Assembly: GCA_003693705.1 (NCBI GenBank)
Contig: RBZT01000751.1
Location: 134,897-198,896 of the forward strand
Source of the DNA: Polymyxa betae A26-41
Lineage: Eukaryota; Protista; Endomyxa: Phytomyxea
DNA: 64,000 nt
Reading direction: 5' to 3'
Shown: piece by piece, positions 25,345 through 37,042 of the stretch
Layout of the letters: each line of letters starts with the position of its first letter
How positions within the stretch are numbered: the first letter of the stretch is position 1
The notes under the pieces: model-generated
Seen by the model: the letters and a program-made list of their open reading frames with translations, nothing else
What the model was told of the DNA's origin: nothing
The model's database searches: none
Program-made: the position numbers and the translations under genes

Positions 25345-27011
25345 TCACAATCGTTGCCTGTCGTGTGCATTCGGCGTCGCTACGGCGACTTCGTAGATCG
25401 GCGGCGGCGGCCCTTTGTCGACGGAGAACGACTCCATCTGGACGGCCTTCGCCAACTCGACCTGGACGACCTGCTCGGCGTGATTGGGCTTGCTGAGTCG
25501 TTCGGGAATCCCCAAGTAAACAACGATGGCTGCGACGACGGCAAGGATGGTCAGGAATAGGAACGGAATGCTCTTCGTATGGTTGGTCTCAAGCAGGATG
25601 AAGGCTATCAAGGTCACAAGGGCGGTCTGCGACAGGCTGGCGACCGACTGCGACAGGCCCGTGATCGTCGTTCGGCATCGTGGCGGGCTGGCGTTGTTGA
25701 CAAGCTGGGCGCCTCCCGTCAGACCCATCGACAGGTTGATGCCGCGAACGGCGAAGACGGCGACCTCGGCGGCGTGTCTCATCGTGGTGTCGCCGATCAG
25801 CGAGGTCAGATAGGTGGCCGGGACCGTTAAGATCATCATGCCGACGGCGAACTTGGTGACCTGGACAACAGAAAAGATACCGCAGATGTATGGGTAGAGA
25901 AATAAGGTAAAGAGCATTCGGACCAGACCTAATGATGGGCCAGTTCAGGCCAGAGACATTTCCGGTATGTCGACGTCAACATACCCTGGACGGAGAAGAG
26001 CCATTTCAAAGACGGCCGTTGTACTGTCTGTGTGATGATCACGTGATCGGGGGCCTAACAAGCAGGTAAACCCTAAAAACCCTAGAAACCCTAAACCCCA
26101 GCGAACCTGTAATAACAGCGTGCATGCCGAATACGAGATCGCCGCCAGGAAGCAGAGTTTGTAATCCCAGAGAGTCCGTCCCAGGCCGTGCGCATGTTCG
26201 CTCCAGGTCCTCGGAGGCCGTGGCACGTCGACGACGACGCGGGCCGGCGGCGGCAGATACGGCAGGAACACTGCGCACACGAGCAGCGTCACCCACGTGA
26301 TACCCGACACGATCCAGCCCGTGACCGCCGCCGAATTGTTCCCGATCTCGTTCTGGTCGGGGATCCAGGCGCAGAGCGGCACCTATAAGGAATCGGGGAT
26401 TGGGTCCATCGGTTGGGTCCAGTACGGATCGCGGCGTAAGGGCGCGCGTCCCCCCCGGCGGTCGGTCGGTCTCTTACCATGGAGACGGCGGCGCCGAACG
26501 CCCCGATAATCAGCGAGTACGCCCTCGGCTGGTTGCTGCTGTTGCTCGTACGACCGGCGTACGCGCGAGTCAACGTGACGTTGGCGCTGATACCGCTGAG
26601 GACGCGGCCAGCGATCGCCCAATCCAACGTCTTGGCCGAGGCCATCACACCCGTCCCGATCGCCTGGAACAGCAAGCTCGTTAGGACCCCGAATCTCTGC
26701 CCGTAATATTTGTCGCTGTCCGAGAACACGGGATCAGTACGGTTTGGAAACGGCCGACCGGGTCCGTACCAGATCTGGCCCCAGAACAAGTTGGCGATGC
26801 CGTTGGCGGTGAGGAAGGCGGATCCGAGTCTGGCGCGCGTAAGCGGATGCCCGAAATCCGTATTGAGATCCTCGAGATGGGCGAATACCATATTATGGGA
26901 AAGGCCTTGGGCGAACATGGCCAGTACGAGACAGATCGGAATGCGGATATCATTGGCGAAGAGCTGATCCATAGGGAGGCGATCGTGATCGCTGTCGTCA
27001 TTCCGCCGCAT
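25345..27011 (-). CDS. Major facilitator superfamily transporter (DHA1/ZIFL-like)
   Basis: Multiple TM segments across exons; motif A-like FWGQI|SDKYYGQR; AGRVLSGIS; NNASPPRCRTTITGLSQS. Confidence 0.75.
26068..26099. repeat. Telomere-like (CCCTAAA) repeats inside an MFS intron
   Basis: aaaccctaaaaaccctagaaaccctaaacccc lies within the minus-strand intron 26055-26106. Confidence 0.8.
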
Positions 27012-27203
27012 CGATATGTTGATAGAAGATAAACAGTTAGAAAATAGAACGGGCTACCCCCTTTCTGGCTGGATGGAATTGATAGAAGGCCGATCGATAA
27101 CTTTGATTAATTTGATTCAAGTTGGGACTTGGGGTGGAGGGTCACAGCACTGCAACGTGGATGCGCACCACGCGGATCTGAAGTCGGCCTCCTGATTCGA
27201 AGG

Positions 27204-27535
27204 ACGCGGTGATGGGCTCGATTTGGGGTGGCGGGGTGAGACCAATAGACAGAGGCAGGTCGGATCTGTTGATGATGGAACGCGGTGAACGAGTCAGAGC
27301 TGGCACTGGAACCGCAGGGTTGCGCCCGACGCGACAACGTGTTGATTGGAAGACGTCAAGCTGAACGCGGTGACGGGCTCGATTTGGGGTGGCGGGGTGA
27401 GACCAATTGACAGAGGCAGGTCGATCTGTTGATGATGGAACGCGGTGAACGAGTCAGAGCTGGCACTGGATAGCAGGGTTGCGGCCGATGCGACACCGTG
27501 TTGATCGGAAGACGTTCAAGCTGAACGCGGTGAAT
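27204..27535. repeat. Tandem duplication, about 161-nt unit, two copies plus the start of a third
   Basis: acgcggtga(t/c)gggctcgatttggggtggcggggtgagaccaat...gaagacgt(t)caagctga starts at 27204 and 27365; acgcggtga appears again at 27525. Confidence 0.9.
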
Positions 27536-28385
27536 GAACGAGAATGACACAGATCGGTGCAACCTGGCATCCGTTCAATCTCGGTCGGACCGAGACAGCG
27601 ATTAGTGGCGGCGGCGCTTGATTGTCGATCGGAGAACGACGGGATCGGCTGCGGGTCGGAGCCGGACTTGCCCTTCCGATGGTAACATTACTGATTACAT
27701 CGATATTGGATAACCTGGGTGCCTTCAAATAGTGGTAGCAATTCACATATGAAACTTTTCACGTAACATTATTCAGTGCGACTTAATCAGCAGTGCGGTC
27801 ATGTCAATTTTGTACTAATAAGTGAAGATATCTCTCCAATTTACACATTTGGAAACCAATCGGGCTTGAGCTCGACGGTTATGAAAGCTGCCAACGATAA
27901 CCCGAATTTAACCGGCAGCAACACGAATCATGCAATGCAATGCTGATTCGAATCAAAACCCAGGAGACCCAATTCATACGCGGACCCATTCATATATCGT
28001 TGTCGTCAAACAGCGGCAATTCGTCTTCCAGGTTCATGCTGATTTGCTGGATGAAGAGGAAGCGCCCTGGCGGAGTTGGAAGTACGAGAGGCTGGTGCAC
28101 GGCGCAGTCCGCGATCTCTCCCTCCCTACTGTCCTTCTCAATCACACATTTCGTGCTCGTCTCGAACCCAGCCAATCACCACCATCCTTCTCTCCCCAAT
28201 ACCGCCCCAGATCATCGCCTGCTAGATCCGCCTCTAACCTATATTCATAAGTTCGTTGACCGTGCCCTATTCTGCGCCGTCTCCTGCCAGAGAGACGACC
28301 ACCTTTCTGTATTTTCATGAAGTTTCCGAATTCGTTTTTTTTTCTGTTATAAATTCGTTCACCTGCTGATTGGTCTCTGTATCAG

Positions 28386-30397
28386 TGTCAGGATTATCGA
28401 TCATCGGTGAACGTGTCACCGGCACGGAAGTTCGTAATGACAATGGTAATACTGGCTCGCTATGGGTTGGATCTCGATTTTGACACCCGATCTAGTCACC
28501 GCCTGTCTCGCGATCTCCAACATCGTGAAATCATCATTGGGCCCTGTCGGTCTCGATAAGATGCTCGTTGACGAGGTCGGCGATGTCACCATCACCAATG
28601 ATGGCGCCACCATTCTCAAGCTTCTGGAGGTAAAAAGCACCATGGTCGAATCATTCGATCCGCTAAAGGGCATCTAGGTCGAGCATCCGGCCGCGAAAGT
28701 TCTCGTCGAACTGTCCAACCTGCAGGATCAGGAAGTCGGGGACGGCACCACATCGGTTGTCATTCTCGCTGCCGAATTGCTGAAGCGCGCCAACGAATTG
28801 GTCTCTGCTAACATCCATCCGACCTCGATCATTGCTGGATTCCAATTTGCTAAGAAGGAATGCTGCAAATATATCGCTGATCATCTATCTCTTAAGGTCA
28901 GCCTGCCTTTAACAACCACCTCTCATTGAAAGTTTCTTCAAAATTTGCTTTTTTATTTTTTTTATGGATCTGATTTGCTGCAGGTTGAAAGCCTCGGTCG
29001 CGAATGTCTCATCAACTGCGCCAAGACGTCGATGTCGTCCAAGATCATTGGAATGGACAGCGATTTCTTCGCCGAGATGTGTGTGAACGCCGTTCAGGCG
29101 GTGAAGACCGTCACGCCCAAGGGCAAGGTCAAATACTTCCTGAAAGCCATCAACATTCTGAAGGCGCACGGCCGCTCGTCGACCGAATCCGAGCTCGTCA
29201 ATGGGTTCGCATTGAATGCGACGCGCGCTTCGCAACAGATGCCACCGTTCATTAAAGACGCTGTCATCGCCTGTCTCGATATCGATCTTCGCCGTACCAA
29301 GATGGCGTTCGGTGTCCAGGTCCTGGTTGACGACCCCACGAAACTTGAAAAGATTCGCGAACGTGAAAGCGATATCACCAAGGAGCGTATTCAAATGCTG
29401 CTCAAAGCAGGTTCGGTTTGCGATCTGCTCAGAGCGCTCCTTTTGTTTAGATCGCTGTTCAGGTGCCAATGTGATATTGACGACAAAAGGTATTGACGAT
29501 ATGGCGTTGAAATACTTCGTTGACGCCGGCGCCATTGCTGTGCGCCGCTGTGCCAAGGAGGATCTTCGCCGTATTGCAAAGGCGACCGGTGCTACATTGT
29601 TGCTGTCTCTGGCTGATATGGAGGGTGATTGGCGGTTTCCGTTCTGTATGGCGTTTGGTCTCAGTTTCTGCAGGCAACGAGTCGGTGGATGCCTCGATGT
29701 TCGGTCATGCCGAATGTGTTACTGAGGAAGCCGTTGGTGACAGCCAGCTGCTTTACATCAAGGGCTGCAAGACGACCGCCGCTCAGACGATCGTGCTTCG
29801 AGGAGCGAACGATTTCATGCTGGACGAAATCGACAGGTAAAATGAGAATGCCACTCTGTTGTATTCCGCTAACGATTTGCAGATCGCTACACGATGCTCT
29901 GTCGGTAGTCAAGAGGACGCTCGAGTCCAAGACGGTCGTACCCGGTGGCGGTGCTGTTGAAGCTGGTCTGTCCATCTATTTGGAGAACTTGGCCGAGACG
30001 ATGGGCTCCCGGCAGCAACTGGCTATCATGGAGTTCGCACAGGTACGACAATGGCCAGTATTACCCGACTGGTTTTCTGACAATGTCCAATAAGGCTCTG
30101 TTGGTGATTCCGAAGACGCTGGCCGTCAATGGTGCGCTAGACGCGACAGAATTGGTGGCACAGCTGCGAGCGTATCACTACGCCGCCCAGTCTGAGGAAG
30201 GACGAGGCGATAGCAAGTGGATCGGTCTGGATCTGCAAAACGGTCTTGTCCGGGATAGTGTCAAAGCTGGTGTCCTTGAGCCCGCCATGTCCAAGATCAA
30301 GAGTCTGCGATTCGCTTGCGAAGCAGCCATCACTGTTTTACGAATCGACGATTCCATCAAGATGACCCCGAAGGACAAACCCAAAGGCGCCCATTAA
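28386..30397 (+). CDS. TCP1: T-complex protein 1 alpha (CCT1); the A of the start codon appears to lie in an upstream exon
   Basis: [83 protein letters not shown]. Confidence 0.96.
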
Positions 30398-30492
30398 TTG
30401 AACCTAGGAGATATCATATCCGAAAACAAATGTTAAATTGACTAAGGAGTCCTCTGGTTCAATCGTCGAGTTCGTTTGAGTACACTTGACTA

Positions 30493-31337
30493 ATGTTCCA
30501 ATCTGTATTCATCTCTATCCTCACTTGGGCGTTCTCCCCTGGATTTTGCTTGATCAGCCCGAAAGTTCAGCATGATGAGCTCATCGGTCGCATTGGATCT
30601 GCGGTCTGGGACGATCTGAATCCCGATATCCAATGGGTGTTTGGAGGCAAACATTTCACAGATCCGATTATGTTGACGAACGACCTCTGGCGCCTGAACC
30701 GAACCGACATGAAATGGAGATTGATTTCTGGGCAGTATCGCAACGCCACAAGCCAAGCTCACTGGCCCGGAAGTCGATCCATAGCTTGTTCCTGGTCGGT
30801 GTATAACTACTCGACCGGGATGGCATCACATTGGCTCTTCGGTGGCGACGGATATGGCTCTGCTACCAATCCAGGACTGTTATCCGATCTCTGGCAATTC
30901 TTTCCCCAAAATCTGTTCGTAGAACGATCGCCCATAGATAATGACGTCAATGCCATGCCATAGATCATTCGTGTTCAAAGGTGGACCGATCAGTCCGTTT
31001 CAACCAGGCCAGTACGGCCGCATGCGCGTGGCGAGCTCCAGTTCCTATCCGGGATCGCGAACAGGTTCAACTTGCTGGACTGTTTATAATCGATATCTTT
31101 GGCTGGGCGGTGGAATCGGTTGCGATAATTCCACGGATTGTCAGACACAGCCTCAATTACTGGATGACGGTATGGTGAAATCCAGATGAACAAGGATATC
31201 TAAGCTGACTAATCTTTGAAGCTTGGAAATACGATACTGCTACTGGAGTTTGGACATGGATGCGAGGTCACGATAATTTTGGTGATGCTCGCCTCTTTCC
31301 AAGGGCTATCACTTCAACGACAACCATGATCTTATAA
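30493..31337 (+). CDS. Secreted kelch/galactose-oxidase-repeat protein (short)
   Basis: Signal-peptide-like N-terminus; repeats WVFGG...NDLW, PGSRSIACSW...WLFGGDGYG...LSDLWQF and PGSRTGSTCW...LWLGGG; two introns. Confidence 0.7.
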
Positions 31338-31338
31338 A

Positions 31339-33534
31339 TTAACCGATATCTATCTTGTTTACTATCGACTCTATATCCGATATAATCCTTGTTTTAGGGT
31401 GTTTCTGATTATTGCTTACCACAGACAGCAAGTCTTCAATCAACTCTGCAACAAGTCAGAAACGAGGAAATTTTTCGTCAATTTTCCGACCTTGATTGCC
31501 CAGGATGTCGACATGATCACCAGAAGTTGGCCCACCTCGAAAATCCCCGCCTCCGAACAGATTGACGGGATCATGCTGATATTCTCTCGTCACTACCGGA
31601 ATTCCAGCTGGGTTCAGTCGTCGAGATTTCCATCCGCGAGTACACATGAATCCCTGTAATTGAATGAGAAAATTTTTACGTTGAAGAACAGACAGATAAT
31701 TACAAGGCTAACTAGTGGCACTGTTCCATCTCCGTTACTAGTTATGATCCCCTTTCCTTCATTGCTCGTATCAATCTGAAAGGGAACCCGCGAACAGCTG
31801 CCTCCGGTTCGTTGCTGGTAGCTATGACTCTTGATTAATGGTGCTTTCTTGTGTCGAATCTCTTTTACCTATAAGACCTTTCCGTAGGCTTGTTTACTCC
31901 ATAAAAGCAATAAATTTTCATCGAAGGCGCCATCGGTAGTTGTGATTGTAATGGGTTGTTCCAGTATTTTGGTCGATGAACAAACTCATCGGTTGTGTCA
32001 GTAAATCCAAAGCTGGTCGAGTTATCGACTCTGGCCATAAAATTCGGTGCAATCTTCCTTAAAAGATCGAAAGATTCGTCCACGTTTAGATTTTGTTTCT
32101 TCAAAGCAGCTCGCCTTAGCACATATTGAACAAATAGAAAGAGAAAACGAAACAGAATACTCACTTTACGGAGGACTCAAAAGATTCTATATGTCCCAGA
32201 CTATAGTCGGCATTGTTACCCAGACATCCATCATTAGGAGTCTCATTGACCGGTTGCGAATGTGTAAAACGTAGCATAGCTCCAAAGGAGATCTGATTCG
32301 GAACGTCATCAGGAGCGGAAACGACATCACCCCAAATTTTCACTCCGCCCTGTTCCATATTAGATCTGACAACCGTTTGCCAGGAAATCAAACCTTGGGT
32401 AGCATGTCCGATAACGATCCCCATGAACGGAAAAGTTTCACGAGCATAGATCGACTCCAAACTTTATCTTTGAGATACTGCAAAGGGGCCGACAGCTCAG
32501 CGGTATCCTTCATTTCCGCAGACATCAAAGTTGACATCGATTTAGGAACGCCTAACAGAGGTCCAGCAATATTGACGAAGGCATGAATATATGTCTCCAC
32601 CCAATGAGCATTTGCTCTTCCGCCCGATGACGACTGCACCCAGTTCAAGAACTGATAGAACACGAGCGCCCCATAACTGTGAGCGAAAATCACCACTTTC
32701 CGTTCAGATGAGGTTTTATAGGCAATCTCAATGACAGATTTCAACTTCGTGAAGTAATGGTCACGAATTTCGAGGTTCTGAGCTGAAAGGCGCCAATCAT
32801 ACAAAGCCATGAACATGTTGTTAGGATCATATCCGATCGAAGCTAGTTCTTCTATAAGTGGTGCGAATATCCAATAAATTCCCATCAGAAAATCGGCCCC
32901 TTCCAACCCGAAGCTGGGGCGAACTACGCAGAATGCTCAGTGATTATAGCTATTGTCAAAACGAGCTTCGACCTTTAATCCCGTCGGGATCTAATCCTGT
33001 CGTATAATTCAACGATAGATGTCGAAAAAGACATACTGGGTCGATAACGGCTTGCTTGATCATGGTTGCCGCGCTACCCCACTACCATCTATCAGAAGCA
33101 GCATTTTCTGAAGCCAGGACACCTACAATCTTGGTGCGAAACGAATTCGTAACGCAGACATCCGAGTTCCAGATTTCCAACCCAGAGCCCAAAATCCCTG
33201 GTATGATAATGATTGGGAAATGGGCTTGTACTTTCTCAGGTGTGGCAGCGTCCGCTCGAGGACGCTTTCGACGAGGCGCCGAAACAACCGACGACAGCAT
33301 TGACAGCAGGGCAGCCAGAAACGAGATAACGATTACGAATAGCAGCAAACATAGCCATGGTGGCCCTCGTCGCCATGTGACAACCGGTTTCACTGACTTC
33401 CTTGGAGACGGACGATTGTTGTCGATGGACGACAAGGACCTGGCTCGCGTTCTTCTCCGAGGTTTGCTGGACCTCGTTAACGATGATGACGACGACGTCT
33501 GTCCAGATTGTGGAAGAGATAAAGGCGGCTGCAT
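31339..33534 (-). CDS. PDAT: Phospholipid:diacylglycerol acyltransferase (LCAT family, Lro1/PDAT)
   Basis: N-terminal TM, PIIIIPGILGSGLEIW, YDWRLS, catalytic AHSYG, GDGTVPL, HVDILGN, C-terminal RIISDIESIVNKIDIG*. Confidence 0.92.
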
Positions 33535-33592
33535 CACTGCTTCGTCAATGACTGATTCCTCAGTGAGGCCGTAACATGGACTGCATGTCAGA

Positions 33593-33753
33593 TGAGGAAG
33601 GCCTCGCCCAAGTCCTGATCTCTACAGAGATCATGCCCCACCTGCTATTTCATGGCAGAGTGAGGAAGGCCTCACCCCTGTTCATTCGACCAGTCAAGCA
33701 GCATTGTAGAAATGGCTCCAGAGTCACTCTTGCATGTGAGGGAGGCCTCGCCC
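33593..33753. repeat. Three spaced copies of TGAGG(A/G)AGGCCTC(G/A)CCC
   Basis: Copies at 33593, 33661 and 33737, separated by unrelated 51- and 59-nt spacers, in the PDAT/DENN divergent intergenic region. Confidence 0.7.
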
Positions 33754-34034
33754 ACTGGCAACAGGCAGGCCAAAGTGGTGACCCGGAACGACCTCTTCGC
33801 ATCGCTTCTCATTTGTTCAATGCCTCGAAGGAGACAAGAAGGGGCAAATATCGGGCGAGCCTGAAACCGATGGCGGTGCGGCGTTTGAAACAGCTGCTGC
33901 TTGACCCGTCCCTGCCACCGAGATATGTATCGTGAATCCCTTTAAGTCGGCAAGCACGACATTCCGCTGCCCGTCACCTATTGCTGTCGCCGTTCCTTTC
34001 ATTCTTCATGCTGATCTTCATTTAACGACAGGAC

Positions 34035-35848
34035 ATGTCAATATCGGTGACGGATGTAGTGTCTGAGAAGGCTTTGCTTAAAGCCTTGTTCGAATTTTCA
34101 AGCAGCCTTTCGGATCAGGCGTTAGTTGTTAGTTTAGTATCAATGGATTCTGCGCTAAACGCTGGTGATGATTTCGCAGCGCAAGCTCATCGCCTGCTTT
34201 CAACGTGTTTTGCTTCCCGAGGACCCTTTTTATTACGTCTGTCCGCAGAGAGAGTTCAACAGATAAATGCTTTTCGTAAAGCACTTAAAAGCAACGATAT
34301 GGTTGCAGCCAAAGAAACCCTAAACAACATTCGGCGTGCGGTTATTGATGAAATCGACACTCACATTATGCCAGAATTTTGCAAGCGATCGCCACCAGAA
34401 AAAGCTGTGGTCGATTCGTTCGACGAAGTTTTATGTAATCCTGATTATCTCGCCTTCTTTGCTTTATTCGCATTGAAATATGAAACTTCGCGTCAGGCTT
34501 TGTCTCAGTTTTCACTGGGAAATGGCAATATGAAAAACGCTTTGTCAGAAGACTGCTGGGGGTTATTCAAGGAATCTGACGCCTATTCCACAATGGTTAT
34601 AACAAATACGAAGTCTCGATCAACTTTGAGAGCTCTGCGAATGCACCCTTCATTTCAAGGCCTTATTACTGCAACTACAAACTTGGAGAGGAAAGTTCCC
34701 CCTGCCAAGGAGAAGCCGCATATTGACTCTATCGTCGAGTGTCTTTGGAAAACCGGCTCACCTCAAGCTGAAGTTGTATCAGTTTATCCCAAGACTGATG
34801 AAACGACTATGTCATCCATTACTACCTTCTGCTTTCCTGTTATCAAGGATCCAGCAGCTGTTGAAGACGTCCGAGCATTCGCGTTTGTCTTGACGCGATC
34901 AGACGGTACAAGAAGGTACGCATGTTGTCAGCAGACTCGACATGCCGACGGAATCGGCGCTGTTTGTGTGATATCGACCTCGCCTGAATACCAGTTAATG
35001 AAGGAGATCGTAGAAAAATCCGACTTTGCCGAGATGCAGGCGCTGATTAGCAACATGGGCGAGCGACCCGAACGAGATCTTCCCGAAATGTCCGATATAA
35101 ATGTCAGCATCATCTTTCAGTTAATGCACCCGCTAAGGATTATGTCACTGCTGGAAGCCGTGATTCTTGAGCAGAAGGTTTTGCTGCTCTCAAGCCAACT
35201 GAACATCCTTTCGATGGTCGGAGAAACCATTCGATGGCTGCTGTCGCCATTCCAGATATCTGCAGTGTACATTCCAGTTCTGCCGAACTCGTTGATTGAA
35301 ACTCTTCATTGTCCGACTTCTTTCTTAATTGGAATGCGTAAACCAAGGTTGCCTTTCCAAACTCTTGCATCTGATAGCCTCTTTCAGATACTTCTGTAAT
35401 GAATGTCGGCATTGATCTGGCTTCTATCGACATGTTGTGTGTCGCTGACCTTGATAACGATCGCGTTTGGTCTGTTGGGTCATCACAGCGGCAATTGCCA
35501 GTACTGCCGGTCAGTATTCGAGCTCCAATCCTGCATGCTTTGAGGCGGGTCTGCTTCGGGCGCCTGGTCGATATCGATTTCCGAAATGTCTATCGAGAGA
35601 TAACTATTGAGGAGTGGCGGACATCGTTTCAAAAAGCGCTACAAGATCTGCTGCTCTTCGAAATGAAACGGTTCGTTGTTGCTGTACCGGACCTGGATGG
35701 TGATGAACCCAATCGGATTGTCGCCGTTTTCGACGCACCGGCTTTTCTCTCAACCAAACCAAAAAGCTGGTATGCTTTTCTCCAAGCGTTCTTTTCCACG
35801 GCCGGATTCTCCTCGTTCCTATCGCAAACTATCTTGCCCGCTAGATAA
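34035..35848 (+). CDS. DENN-domain Rab GEF with N-terminal RGS-like domain(s)
   Basis: uDENN FCFP and FVLTRSDGTRRYACC; cDENN LEQKVLLLS and YIPVLP...PTSFLIGM|H; dDENN FLQAFFSTAGFSSF; one intron near 35338-35387. Confidence 0.85.
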
Positions 35849-35960
35849 AAAAGCTGTATCCCTACATTTGGCTGATTCCTCGGCAACCTTCTAGCAACCA
35901 ATGCCCGGCGGCAGTCACATGACTGGACCGTACGTTTAGATCTGGTTTGTAAGCGGCGAA

Positions 35961-37042
35961 ATGACGGCAGCGACGTCGGATGCGAAAGCCGCTTTCGTCA
36001 AAGATTGGCTGAATGTCGTTGATGGCGATATCAAAACGGTTCGCGAAACACAATTCAATCTGATCGCTCGAGAGAAGAGTGGGCTCTGCAAAATCTACGA
36101 CCAATCCTTTGTCTGAACGATGCCGAAGAGGTCTCCAGCAAAACGCTGGAATTCCTTGAAGCGCTGTCGACGGTCTCCTCCCATGAAGCCAGTCTGAGTC
36201 TTCGACAATGCTATTCACAGTTCATCGAAACGGTTCAATCGATCGAGACCGAACGCGCGAAAGCAGTACGTCCGTTGTCGCCAAATGGGTGAATTAACGA
36301 GCGAGATGGCGTTAGATACAGCATATGGAACGGATCGTGATACAGCGTCTGGACGTGTTCCGCAATCTGATTAAAGACCAAAAGGAGATCGTTTCGCAGA
36401 GGAACTCATCGGCTGATAAAATGAAAGCCGCCGGCAAAGCGATCGAGAAACTCGCTGTCAAGCCACAGCGGGATGAAATCAAGATTGTAAGATCCTGGCT
36501 GAAGCCTTCAACGTAAGCGGTTGTTGACATAGCGACCAGGTGCAATCGAAACAGCATCTATTAGCGACGGAAGTCGAATTGCAGAGAGATGAAGAGGCAA
36601 TGGTAACAGCCTCGTCATTCTCATCGATAAAGACGCTCAAAGTGAATCACAGAATAACGGAATCATACAACTTGAATCGACACGAATCGACCTGATTCAG
36701 GTAAAAGACGTGGCTTTAGGAATTGCTCAATACCCATCATATCGGCTGCTAGGATACTTTGGCACGATTTGTAAATTGCTCAATGTATTTCCATGGAAAG
36801 GTATAGCGATGGAGTTATGTAGTGTCAGAGCCTAAACCGCTGTCAACAGGCGATCGAATCGCTGTCAGGCTTAGTTCGACACATTGCTACTCTTGATACG
36901 GATGCTGAAAAGGCGGTATGATGCCGAATTCCATCTAATCATGTGATTTATACGTCCTTAGATACTGCTGGCTAAAATGGCAACATTTACAGAACAACCC
37001 CATGATCGGGACGACCGGTCTCAGGTTCACGAAGTCGATTGA
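35961..37042 (+). CDS. FAM92/CIBAR-like ciliary BAR-domain protein
   Basis: Spliced helical protein MTAATSDAKAAFVKDW...; DTLARFVNCSMYFHGK|AIESLS resembles the FAM92 F...EM.FH(G/A)KALE motif. Confidence 0.65.

Noticed and set aside
27204-27535. CRISPR array suggested by recurring ACGCGGTGA
   Set aside because: The intervening sequences are themselves duplicated, so it is a tandem repeat.
27930-28320. ORFs upstream of CCT1
   Set aside because: No recognisable protein features; the region overlaps the probable CCT1 promoter, 5' UTR and intron.
28909-29556. Long antisense ORFs (also 23392..23880, 17101..17541, 33056..33574)
   Set aside because: Shadow frames opposite well-conserved genes, favoured by GC-rich codon usage.
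33593-33753. CRISPR-like repeat-spacer array
   Set aside because: Only three 17-nt repeats with long unequal spacers, no cas genes and a eukaryotic context; kept only as a candidate cis-element.
34035-37042. Single DENN-BAR fusion gene
   Set aside because: The DENN frame stops at 35848 after a complete dDENN, and a separate ATG opens at 35961.
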